Positions 29,864 to 38,784 of a stretch of DNA of 64,000 nucleotides are shown one piece after another. Source of the DNA: Nitrososphaerota archaeon. GTDB taxonomy: Archaea; Thermoproteota; Nitrososphaeria; Nitrososphaerales; Nitrosopumilaceae. The notes under the pieces were generated by a model. It was given only the letters and a program-made list of their open reading frames with translations. It ran no database searches and was not told where the DNA came from. The stretch spans positions 1 through 64,000 of the forward strand of contig JAGWFT010000002.1 of NCBI GenBank assembly GCA_028867755.1, given 5' to 3'. Each line of letters begins with the position of its first letter. Within the stretch, counting starts at the first letter, position 1. The translations under genes and the position numbers were made by a program.

Positions 29864-30148
29864 ATGTCCGAATCTAGAGAAACTATCTACATAGGAAAGA
29901 AGCCACTGATGGCGTACGTTACTTCTTCGCTCATACAGTTGGCAAATCAACCAAGAATATCTATCAAGGCAAGAGGACTAAGCATTGGTCGTGCAGTTGA
30001 TGTAGCTCAAATAATTGCACGAAAGACAGAAAATGCTGGTTACTCAATTGGAAGCATCAAGATTGGATCAGAACAACTTCAATCACAAGATGGACGCTCT
30101 AGGAATGTTTCTACTATAGACATAGAAGTAAAGAGAAACTCTTCTTAG
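29864..30148 (+). CDS. albA: Chromatin protein Alba
   Basis: IYIGKKPLMAYV...IKARGLSIGRAVDVA...VSTIDI. Confidence 0.95.
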   Translation: MSESRETIYIGKKPLMAYVTSSLIQLANQPRISIKARGLSIGRAVDVAQIIARKTENAGYSIGSIKIGSEQLQSQDGRSRNVSTIDIEVKRNSS

Positions 30149-30176
30149 GAAGCCTTGACGAAATCTTCCTTTTTTG

Positions 30177-31049
30177 TTATTTTTTGTGAGACTTTGTCTC
30201 GTATTTGTGTTCCATCTTCTTGAATTTTGATAATTCTACAATTTCATTGAACTGATCAAAATTAACAAGATTATTTTTTAGCTTTAAAGTAGTCCCACTT
30301 TTCTTTAGCTCTTTTAGAATTTGTAGTGTTGCAAATGTATTGGCATACAATACAGAAAGTGGATAGAGAATGAGATTGAATCCCATCCTGTGCAGCTCAT
30401 TTGAGGAAAGCATAGGTGTAGCTCCGCCTTCTATCATGTTTGCTACTAGAGGTACCTTTATCGCTTTTCCTATCTTCCTCATCTCGTCAATTGATTTGGG
30501 GGCTTCGATGAATATTGCATCAGCACCAATTTCCTTATACAAAAGACCTCGTTCGATTGCAGCATCAATTCCCTCTGTTGCACGAGCATCAGTTCTTGCT
30601 ACGATTATGAAGTCATTATTTTTTCTGGCATCTACTGCAGCTCGGAGTTTTTCAGCATACTCTTCTTTAACAATCACTTCCTTTCCAGACATATGTCCAC
30701 ATCTCTTTGGCCATTTCTGATCTTCTAGGAAGATACCCGCAGCCCCAACTGCTTCTAATTCATTGACAAGCTTCCATACACTCAAAGGATTTCCATAACC
30801 AGTATCGGCATCCACTATGACTGGGACTGAAACAGACTTGCAAATTCGCCTTGCATTTTCAATAGTTTCTGTAGATCCAATAAAGCCATAATCTGGCATA
30901 CCAAGTAAAGCTGCAGATGTCCCGTATCCAGTTTGAAACATGGCCTCAAATCCTGCTTTTTGGGCTATTCTGGCTGTTATTGCATCGTAAACGCCAGGAA
31001 ATACGAGTGGCCTTGATTTATCATATACTAATTTTCTAATATTTGTCAA
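30177..31049 (-). CDS. Isocitrate lyase/PEP mutase superfamily enzyme (methylisocitrate-lyase-like)
   Basis: DADTGYG, EDQ..PKRCGH and ARTD motifs. Confidence 0.85.
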   Translation of the reverse strand: MTNIRKLVYDKSRPLVFPGVYDAITARIAQKAGFEAMFQTGYGTSAALLGMPDYGFIGSTETIENARRICKSVSVPVIVDADTGYGNPLSVWKLVNELEAVGAAGIFLEDQKWPKRCGHMSGKEVIVKEEYAEKLRAAVDARKNNDFIIVARTDARATEGIDAAIERGLLYKEIGADAIFIEAPKSIDEMRKIGKAIKVPLVANMIEGGATPMLSSNELHRMGFNLILYPLSVLYANTFATLQILKELKKSGTTLKLKNNLVNFDQFNEIVELSKFKKMEHKYETKSHKK

Positions 31050-31081
31050 CTGTCGCTATACTGTTTTGCAATTATTTATTG

Positions 31082-31594
31082 CTAATTGATCTTGATTTCC
31101 TTGCCCTGTGATTTTTTTTCAGCAGCTTCCATCTTTCGCAATTCCGATTCAAGGAATTTCCTATATCGTTGGGTCTCGTCCTTAGTCATGTATAAGACGT
31201 TAGAACTAAGTGAACTTCCAATGATATTGATTCGTTCTATTAGGTCCATGGCTACAAACTTACCCACCTCTCCCATTCTAAAAATCACATCAAGTTGGTT
31301 CTTGACTATCTTATCCAAGGCCTCAAGGTCCTCTGAAACTACTCTTCCTTTCTTAGTAATCTGATATTTGCCGTCTTTTGTCTCCTCTATCAGGCCTTCA
31401 TCTAACAATCTTCCAAGTAGAGGATATATCAGTCCAGGCGAGGGCTTCCACTTTCCTCCACTCTGAACAACTGCCATATCGATTATTTCCTTTCCAGTAC
31501 TTGGCTTCTTCTTTAGAGCTTCTAAAATGAAATATCTTGAAAAACCGCGTGGGATTGAACTTCCTACTCTCTGTAACCACTCAGAAATCATCAC
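31082..31594 (-). CDS. PadR-family transcriptional regulator
   Basis: TGKEI...WKPSPGLIYPLLGRLLDEGLI...YQITKKG. Confidence 0.9.
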   Translation of the reverse strand: MMISEWLQRVGSSIPRGFSRYFILEALKKKPSTGKEIIDMAVVQSGGKWKPSPGLIYPLLGRLLDEGLIEETKDGKYQITKKGRVVSEDLEALDKIVKNQLDVIFRMGEVGKFVAMDLIERINIIGSSLSSNVLYMTKDETQRYRKFLESELRKMEAAEKKSQGKEIKIN

Positions 31595-31690
31595 TAGTGA
31601 TATCGCTAGCGATATATATTAATGATTCTGACCTTGGTCTAGTCCTTCACAAGACATATTTATGAAGTCTGAAAAGAAAGATGTCGAATC

Positions 31691-33403
31691 ATGGTTAATA
31701 GCATCGAAAATGATCTTCTGATCGTAGGTTCTGGTCTTGCTGGTCTGAGAGCAGCGATTCAAGCAGCAAAGGTTGCTCCGCATATCAAAATTGCTGTCAT
31801 TTCAAAACTACAAGTAATGCGCTCGCATTCTGTTTCTGCAGAGGGCGGTACTGCAGCTGTTCTTTATCCTGAAGATGGTGATACAATAGAATCACATGTC
31901 TATGATACTGTAAAAGGAAGCGATTTTCTCGGTGATCAAGATGTGATTGAAAAACTTGTCAACGAAATGCCATCCGAAGTCTATCAACTTGAACATTGGG
32001 GAATGCCATGGTCAAGAAGAGATGACGGAAGGATTGGTCAGAGAAACTTTGGTGGATATAGTTTTCCAAGGGCAACATATGCTCAGGATAAGGTAGGATT
32101 CTACGAAATGCAAACTCTGTATGACACATGTCAAAAATTCGATAACATCGAATTCTATAACGAATGGTTTGTCACATCGATAGTCCATGATGGTCAAAGA
32201 TTCTGTGGTATCACTGCAATAGAAATGTCAAGTGGTACTTTTTACACATTCAAGGCAAAGGCACTGATTATTGCTACAGGCGGAGCAGGAAGGGTATACA
32301 GTTTTTCAACTTATGCATTAGCTTCGACTCCAGACGGTTTGGATATGGCATACCGAGCTGGGATGGCTCTAAAGGACATGGAGTTTGTCCAATTCCACCC
32401 TACTGGTATACTACCTTCGGGAATTTTGATTACTGAAGGTGCCAGAGGCGAGGGCGGATATCTTCTTAATAACAAAGGAGAACGTTTTATGAAAAAATAT
32501 GCCCCAAGCAAACTAGAGCTAGCATCAAGAGACGTTGTATCACGTGCTATGATTACTGAAATAAACGAAGGACGTGGATTCAAGCATGATACAGGTGTAG
32601 ATTGCTTGAAATTAGATTTGAGGCACTTGGGAAAAGAGTTGATTATAAGAAAACTTCCTGCAATACGTGAGATATCATTAAAATTCTCAGGAATTGATCC
32701 ATCTAATGAACCAGTTGATGTCAGACCTGTATGCCATTACATGATGGGAGGCATTCATAGTAACATAGACGGGGCAACTGAAATTCAAGGAATATGGACA
32801 GCTGGAGAAGCTGCATGCAATAGCGTTCATGGAGCAAACAGATTAGGCGCAAACTCTACCGCAGAGTGTCTTGTATGGGGTAAGATCACAGGTGAGCTTG
32901 CGGCAAAATATATTTTAGAAGATAAATCTTCTCCACCATTCCCATTACATTTGGTTGCAACTGAGGAAAAAAGAATCTATGATGGCATATTCAGAGGTAC
33001 AGGCAGCGTAAATCCATATGAAGTTAGACAGGAATTAACCGAGGTAATGAATAACAAAGCTTACGTTTTTAGAAATGAAAATGATCTTGTAGAAGGCCTC
33101 AAGTTGGTAAGGGGATTAAGACAAAAAACATGGAAACATGTAGACGACAAAGCTAAAGAATACAATACCAATTTCACAAATGTGATGGAACTTGATTCCA
33201 TGTTTCGCATCGCTGAAGTAATTCTAATGGGTGCAATTTGGAGAAAAGAATCTCGAGGAGCTCATGCAAGAACAGATTATCCAGACAGGGATGACAAGAA
33301 CTTTTTGGCTCACACTCTAGTTTATTATGATACAAAAGAGCCTGTCATCAAGACTCACCCTGTCACTATTACTAAATACAAGCCAGTGGAGAGAAAATAC
33401 TGA
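31691..33403 (+). CDS. sdhA: Succinate dehydrogenase flavoprotein subunit
   Basis: GSGLAGL, RSHSVSAEGG (covalent FAD His), QFHPTG, SVHGANRLG and ESRGAH. Confidence 0.96.
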   Translation: MVNSIENDLLIVGSGLAGLRAAIQAAKVAPHIKIAVISKLQVMRSHSVSAEGGTAAVLYPEDGDTIESHVYDTVKGSDFLGDQDVIEKLVNEMPSEVYQLEHWGMPWSRRDDGRIGQRNFGGYSFPRATYAQDKVGFYEMQTLYDTCQKFDNIEFYNEWFVTSIVHDGQRFCGITAIEMSSGTFYTFKAKALIIATGGAGRVYSFSTYALASTPDGLDMAYRAGMALKDMEFVQFHPTGILPSGILITEGARGEGGYLLNNKGERFMKKYAPSKLELASRDVVSRAMITEINEGRGFKHDTGVDCLKLDLRHLGKELIIRKLPAIREISLKFSGIDPSNEPVDVRPVCHYMMGGIHSNIDGATEIQGIWTAGEAACNSVHGANRLGANSTAECLVWGKITGELAAKYILEDKSSPPFPLHLVATEEKRIYDGIFRGTGSVNPYEVRQELTEVMNNKAYVFRNENDLVEGLKLVRGLRQKTWKHVDDKAKEYNTNFTNVMELDSMFRIAEVILMGAIWRKESRGAHARTDYPDRDDKNFLAHTLVYYDTKEPVIKTHPVTITKYKPVERKY

Positions 33404-33837
33404 TGGCTGAACAATTCTCTAACCGCGAAGGCATCAAGGGAATGATAAACCCAACTCGTTATGGATTAGAGCGAGTTGCATATTGGATGCAAAGACTAAG
33501 CGGACTTGGCCTTCTCGCATATTTGATTGGGCATATTTATGAAACAAGCACTATTCTCAACGGAAAGGCTGCATGGAACAACATGTTATCATTGACACAA
33601 ACTCCGGGAGGTCACCTCGTACTTGTAATCGTAATAGGAATGTGTGTTTTTCATACGGGAAATGGAATACGACTAATGATAAGTGAAGGAGGAAAGGGAA
33701 TAGGAAGACCTGGTCAGCCTGAATATCCATATCGCGCTTCTTCGTTGAACTATAAGCAAAGACTTTGCATTTGGGTGTCAATAGCACTTGCAGCATTAGC
33801 AATGATGTATGGTGCTGGCGTATTGCTTGGTGATTAA
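33403..33837 (+). CDS. sdhC: Succinate dehydrogenase membrane subunit C
   Basis: QRLSG...HIYET and HTGNGIR; position in the operon. Confidence 0.88.
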   Translation: MAEQFSNREGIKGMINPTRYGLERVAYWMQRLSGLGLLAYLIGHIYETSTILNGKAAWNNMLSLTQTPGGHLVLVIVIGMCVFHTGNGIRLMISEGGKGIGRPGQPEYPYRASSLNYKQRLCIWVSIALAALAMMYGAGVLLGD

Positions 33838-33838
33838 G

Positions 33839-34183
33839 ATGAGAGAAAGCATAATCATGAAGATACATTATGGAACTGCGCTTGGAGCAGTGGCACTTGT
33901 AGCTATACATATTCTCATGAGGATGTCGCAGAAATATTCTGATTCGTTACAATATCAAAATGTAATCGCAAACTATCACCTTCTACCATATGCACTCATG
34001 CTTGAAGTGATACTGGTCTTGTTATCAGTTCATGGATTTAATGGACTACGTGTTATTCTATTGGAGCTAAAGCAAGGTGTTGCATATGAAAGAGCAATTA
34101 ACTATGGCTCGATTGCAGCAATGGCTGCTCTAGTAGCATATGGTTCAAGAACTATATTGATGGCTGGAATGGGAGTTTCATAA
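33839..34183 (+). CDS. sdhD: Succinate dehydrogenase membrane anchor D
   Basis: HYGT..., HGFNGLR; three TM helices. ATG at 33839 preferred over 33809. Confidence 0.85.
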   Translation: MRESIIMKIHYGTALGAVALVAIHILMRMSQKYSDSLQYQNVIANYHLLPYALMLEVILVLLSVHGFNGLRVILLELKQGVAYERAINYGSIAAMAALVAYGSRTILMAGMGVS

Positions 34184-34185
34184 CA

Positions 34186-34971
34186 ATGGCAACAGTAGAG
34201 GTTTCAACAGAAAAAAAAGCAGAACCACCTCAGACATCTGTGCCTGCACCTTCCAAACCAAAAACAATAACACTTAGAATATCTAGGTTTAACCCGTCAG
34301 AGAACGCAGAAACAAAATTTGAGGAATTCAAGATTCCAGTACAAAAATGGACTACTGTACTAGAAGCAATTCTGTATGTGAAAGAGAATCTTGATCATTC
34401 TGTTGCTGTTAGATATTCATGCAGACAAGCATCATGTGGCTCATGTGGAATGAAAATTAATGGCAAACCTAGACTTGCTTGCTATACAAAAATTTCTGAG
34501 CTTGAGTCAAACGTTGTCACAGTAGAACCAATGAATAATTTTCCTATAATTCGAGATTTAGCAGTTGACTTTAAGCAACTCTTCTCAACTCACAAGAAAA
34601 TGAAGCCATTTATCATAAATGAAGAGTCTGAAGTGCAGCCTGGAGCTAAGGAATTTATTCAGACCCCACAAGATCTTGAAAAATTCCTACAATTTTCATA
34701 TTGTATTAAATGTGGCCTGTGTAACTCTGCCTGCCCAACCATGGCAACAGACAAGTCGTTTGTCGGACCTCAAGGCCTTGCACAAGCCTACAGATACACT
34801 GCCGATAACAGGGATCAAGGAAAGAAGGATAGGCTCAAAATCGTAGATCAATCTCATGGTATATGGAGATGTCACTTTGCCGGTTCTTGCAGTAATGTGT
34901 GTCCAAAGGGAGTAGATCCTGCAATGGCAATACAATTACTTAGGGGATATCTGCTAGGATTTAGAAAATAA
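34186..34971 (+). CDS. sdhB: Succinate dehydrogenase iron-sulfur subunit
   Basis: SCRQASCGSCG, CIKCGLCNSACP and CHFAGSCSNVCP. Confidence 0.96.
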   Translation: MATVEVSTEKKAEPPQTSVPAPSKPKTITLRISRFNPSENAETKFEEFKIPVQKWTTVLEAILYVKENLDHSVAVRYSCRQASCGSCGMKINGKPRLACYTKISELESNVVTVEPMNNFPIIRDLAVDFKQLFSTHKKMKPFIINEESEVQPGAKEFIQTPQDLEKFLQFSYCIKCGLCNSACPTMATDKSFVGPQGLAQAYRYTADNRDQGKKDRLKIVDQSHGIWRCHFAGSCSNVCPKGVDPAMAIQLLRGYLLGFRK

Positions 34972-34977
34972 GTCTCT

Positions 34978-35298
34978 CTAAGGCTTTTTAGGATTTTTGC
35001 TTGAATTTACCTGATTATTGATAGCTTCTGCCATGAAATGATTTGAGACATTCAGCTTCACATCGTCTACTCCATCTATCTTCAACAAGCCATCATGAAC
35101 ATCTTGAGCAATCTTAAATCCAAATATTGCAGGACAGAAAGGACTAGTCAGATGCAAATCTACTTTGACATCTGAACCGTTAATGTCAATATTATCTATC
35201 AATTCAAGCTCCATTATTGAGACATTGATTTCCGGATCAACTATTTTTGTCAGCTCATCGAAGATTTGTCTTCTTAAATCAGTGGATGCCTGTGCCAT
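34978..35298 (-). CDS. DUF59/MIP18-family Fe-S cluster assembly factor
   Basis: VDPEINVSIMELELI and LTSPFCP motifs. Confidence 0.9.
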   Translation of the reverse strand: MAQASTDLRRQIFDELTKIVDPEINVSIMELELIDNIDINGSDVKVDLHLTSPFCPAIFGFKIAQDVHDGLLKIDGVDDVKLNVSNHFMAEAINNQVNSSKNPKKP

Positions 35299-35315
35299 AA
35301 ATCAAAAAAGCGTCT

Positions 35316-36818
35316 ATGCTATATATAACCATTTTATTTCCTAAGTTGATGTACAGGTCTAGATTAGACGGAAAATTAGACGACGTTACATTAGAATTTC
35401 TTTCATCCATTTCTGACGACTTTGAAATTGTTTTGTATGATATTCTAGGAAGTCAAGCCCACACACTGATGCTTTTAGAAAATAAAATCATCAGCAGGAA
35501 TGAAGCAATCAAGATTTTAAGTGCACTTGAAAAATTAAAAAAAGAAAACATTTCAAAAAAATCTGAAGCCGAAGATATTCACGAGCTCATAGAATCCATG
35601 GTCATAAAGAAAGCAGGAAAGGAAGCTGGAGGAAAGATGCATACGGCAAGATCAAGAAATGATCAGGTTGCACTTGACATTAGGATGAAAATTCGTGATG
35701 ATATCAATATGGTTTGCTTTTGTCTGAATCAGACAATAGTGACTCTCATTGATTTGGCAGAGAAAAACCAACGTGTTATAATGCCATTGTATACTCACAC
35801 ACAGCAAGCGCAAGTAGGGCTATTTTCCCACTTTCTTCTTGCATACGCAGACGCTCTTTTCAGGGATCTTGACAGGTTCTATATGGCATATGGGCGAGTC
35901 AACGAGTCGCCACTAGGAGCAGGCCCTGTAGGAGGAACAAGCATTCCTATTGATAGACAGTTCACAGCTAAGATGCTTGGTTTTAAAGGTCTGGTGGAAA
36001 ACTCTATTGATGCAACAACCTCTCGCGACTTTGTTGCTGAATACCTTGGAAACGCAGCAATACTTATGACAAATTTGAGCCGAATAGCAGAGGACTTTAT
36101 TATCTGGTCTACCTTGGAATTTTCTTTCATTGAACTCTCTGATAGATTTACTTCCACTTCTAGCGTGATGCCACAAAAGAAAAACCCCGATGTATTGGAA
36201 TTAATTCGTGGCAAGACATCTCAGGTCATTGGATATCAGATGTCAGTATTGTCAAACCTCAAAGGATTACCATCTGGATACAATAGGGATTTGCAACAAA
36301 TCAAGGTCTCAATATGGCCCACATCCAAAATAATAATCTCGTCACTCTTGGTTGCAAACTCACTCCTTAAGACAATGAAAGTAAATGAAAAGAAACTACG
36401 TCAAGCAATAGATGGTGGATATTCAATATCACTTGACATAGCAGAAGCCCTAGTACGAAAAGGAATTCCTTTCAGAGATGCTCACAAAATTGTTGGTCAT
36501 CTAGTACAACTTGGTGTAAATTCAAAAAAACCCCTTTCATCTCTTTCATCTAATGAGATAAAGACTGTGATCTCAAGCAATGAAATAGACTCAAAGGAAT
36601 TGCATAAAATAATCCAGTCAACTACACCTGAATCTTCACTTGAAACTAGGACATCTCAAGGATCTGCAGGTAAACATGAACAACAACGTATGATTGCTGA
36701 CAGGAAACGCAAAGTTCAAGCTTACATGACAGGAACCAACAAAAGAACTAACGAGATAAGGCAATCTCTTGAAGCGTTGAATAGCAAGGTAATGTCATTA
36801 ATAAAAAACAAAGTTTAG
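35316..36818 (+). CDS. argH: Argininosuccinate lyase
   Basis: HTARSRNDQ, YTHTQQAQ, SSVMPQKKNPD and GYNRDLQ. Start may be a Met ~11 codons downstream. Confidence 0.95.
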   Translation: MLYITILFPKLMYRSRLDGKLDDVTLEFLSSISDDFEIVLYDILGSQAHTLMLLENKIISRNEAIKILSALEKLKKENISKKSEAEDIHELIESMVIKKAGKEAGGKMHTARSRNDQVALDIRMKIRDDINMVCFCLNQTIVTLIDLAEKNQRVIMPLYTHTQQAQVGLFSHFLLAYADALFRDLDRFYMAYGRVNESPLGAGPVGGTSIPIDRQFTAKMLGFKGLVENSIDATTSRDFVAEYLGNAAILMTNLSRIAEDFIIWSTLEFSFIELSDRFTSTSSVMPQKKNPDVLELIRGKTSQVIGYQMSVLSNLKGLPSGYNRDLQQIKVSIWPTSKIIISSLLVANSLLKTMKVNEKKLRQAIDGGYSISLDIAEALVRKGIPFRDAHKIVGHLVQLGVNSKKPLSSLSSNEIKTVISSNEIDSKELHKIIQSTTPESSLETRTSQGSAGKHEQQRMIADRKRKVQAYMTGTNKRTNEIRQSLEALNSKVMSLIKNKV

Positions 36819-36879
36819 TGATAGTAAAATATCTCTTTTAGATTTAGTTTATTGAATGATATTTAGTTGGTTTCAAGAT

Positions 36880-36996
36880 CTAAAGTTCGAATCTGCTTTT
36901 TACAGTTTTTGATTTCATAATTTGAGCTTGCATTAGTCCAGACATTCTATTTCGTAGCATCGTACTCATAGATTGAGTATCAATTTGATGTTCCAT
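36880..36996 (-). CDS. Candidate small protein (38 aa)
   Basis: Manual translation MEHQIDTQSMSTMLRNRMSGLMQAQIMKSKTVKSRFEL; a TTATAT box lies ~25 nt upstream of the ATG (leaderless-promoter geometry). Confidence 0.4.
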   Translation of the reverse strand: MEHQIDTQSMSTMLRNRMSGLMQAQIMKSKTVKSRFEL

Positions 36997-37262
36997 TTAC
37001 TTATATGAATAACATTCAGAAATATAAGATTGGTCTGCCATTTTTGGAAATGACACCATCTTTTGATGCTCTGGGGGCTTAGTTAACTGGGGAACAACTA
37101 ATAATGATACAGAACCAAAAAAATTGATAAAGCTAAGTTTTACTGAAATTTTTTGCAAATTATGATGCCTAAAGGAGCAATTTTAATGGAGTAATCTTGA
37201 CTTTTTCATTGATTTTACTTCACATTGCTATAGATAAAAAATCCCTGCAATGAGATGCAAGT

Positions 37263-37475
37263 ATGTACCAATTCGTACAACCACAATCGGACAACAAACC
37301 TAACTACACTGCGGGTCAAACGTGGGGAGCTTTGAAGAAGGCATGGCGAGGATACAAGATTGCCAAAGTGCAAAGTGATCACGCCAGAATGTCAGAATAT
37401 GCTACAAAAATCAGAACCCTTCAGAATGACTTGGGAATAAAACAAGCAGAATTTCCAGAACTACACCTGCATTAG
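37263..37475 (+). CDS. Small helical hypothetical protein
   Basis: 70-aa ORF with a TATA-like TATAGATAAA ~30 nt upstream. Confidence 0.7.
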   Translation: MYQFVQPQSDNKPNYTAGQTWGALKKAWRGYKIAKVQSDHARMSEYATKIRTLQNDLGIKQAEFPELHLH

Positions 37476-37573
37476 TTAGAACTCCCTTCTTTTTAGAGAC
37501 AATCTGCCAGTAGTAACTATTAGAAAAAATTCACAATTTTAGGATAATGCCAAGTATTAATCAAGTGAAGATA

Positions 37574-37650
37574 TGGCGGGTTCGCGGGGATTCGGACCCC
37601 GGACAGCCGGATTAAAAGTCCGGTACTCTACCTGGCTGAGCTACGAACCC
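37574..37650 (-). tRNA. tRNA-Lys(TTT), CCA encoded
   Basis: GGGTTCG acceptor stem, CCGGA-CT TTT AA-TCCGG, ends ...GAACCCG-CCA. Confidence 0.95.
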
Positions 37651-37748
37651 ATAGCGGAGGGTCATCGTTGTGTATAATTTAGTCCTTTACAAAATTTTTA
37701 GATGAAAAGAAAGCTTTAAACTCAGATTTTTGTTCACAATACTTCAAC

Positions 37749-37857
37749 GCCCTTGTAGTATAGAGAGGATATGGGGTAAAATCCAGTCCTTGTATAGCCC
37801 GGTCTAGAATGGGGCCCTGTCACGGCCTCGACGCGAGTTCAAATCCCGCCAAGGGCG
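37749..37857 (+). tRNA. tRNA-Asp(GTC) with a 34-nt D-loop intron (15/16; 37764-37797)
   Basis: Removing 37764-37797 gives a 75-nt tRNA: GCCCTTG TA GTAT AGCCCGGTCT AGAA T..., anticodon loop CT GTC AC, 3' CAAGGGC G. Confidence 0.88.
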
Positions 37858-37902
37858 CTTACACTTTTTATATTCAAAACTAGGTGTTAGATGTTTTATT
37901 AT

Positions 37903-38709
37903 TCAGTTTGGTAAATTCAATTTCTTGAGAGTTTCATTGAGGATTTCCTGACTGGCTGCTGCGATAAAAGAAATTCTTTGGTCGTAGCCAAGAGCTGAAT
38001 CAAGATGATTTGCATTCTTATCTACTATGATTCCGCCTGCTTCTAATGCAATAAGATATCCGGCAGCAACATCTGTGATTCTTAGCTTTTCTCTAAGGTC
38101 TACAAATAGGTCTACCATACCACGAGCAAATATTGCAAGCTCTAGTGCAACAGCACCAAAATGTCTGATGTGGTTAGATGCTGAAATGATAGGGGATAAT
38201 TTCTGCAGGGAATCAGGAGATATTCCAGACAAATCCACTCCTACTACAAAGTAAAGTGGCTTCTCTTTGTGAACCATGATCTTTTTTCTATTCATAAAAG
38301 CTCCATGACCTTTTGATGCAGAATACATATCACCAGTATACAAATCAATGATGACTGCATCAGTAACGGAACTAAGTTTATCTTTTGTAGCAAATGCAAG
38401 AGAACAACAAGAAAAGGGAATACCTCTTACTGCATTTGTGGAACCATCAACCGCATCCATTATTATAAAACCCTCTGGATTTTTTGAAAGCTCAACCTTG
38501 CCGCATTCTTCTCCAAGAACTATGCAGGGAAAACTAATTTCCCTTAGATAGTCCAAAACTGTTTTTTCTGCTACTATGTCTATTCGTCGTGATATATCTC
38601 CGCCTGCACCTCTGCCAAAATCTCCTGCAGATTCTTCTGTTCCTGGAAGATGTTTAACATTATCATAAACTCTCTTTGCAGCTTCCTCTAAAACCTCAAT
38701 TTTTTTCAA
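37903..38709 (-). CDS. Bifunctional inositol monophosphatase/fructose-1,6-bisphosphatase
   Basis: GEE, DAVDGSTN and DVAAGYLI motifs. Confidence 0.9.
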   Translation of the reverse strand: MKKIEVLEEAAKRVYDNVKHLPGTEESAGDFGRGAGGDISRRIDIVAEKTVLDYLREISFPCIVLGEECGKVELSKNPEGFIIMDAVDGSTNAVRGIPFSCCSLAFATKDKLSSVTDAVIIDLYTGDMYSASKGHGAFMNRKKIMVHKEKPLYFVVGVDLSGISPDSLQKLSPIISASNHIRHFGAVALELAIFARGMVDLFVDLREKLRITDVAAGYLIALEAGGIIVDKNANHLDSALGYDQRISFIAAASQEILNETLKKLNLPN

Positions 38710-38784
38710 GGATTTTTTTATTCACAATCCTAATTTATTTCAAGTAATCAAGAAAATAGCTCAATGCATAAATAGCAAAAGAAG

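Noticed and set aside
30177-31049. PEP mutase / phosphonate biosynthesis
   Set aside because: The active-site loop is EDQKWPKRCGH (lyase type), not the EDKxxxxxNS motif of PepM, and no phosphonate genes are nearby.
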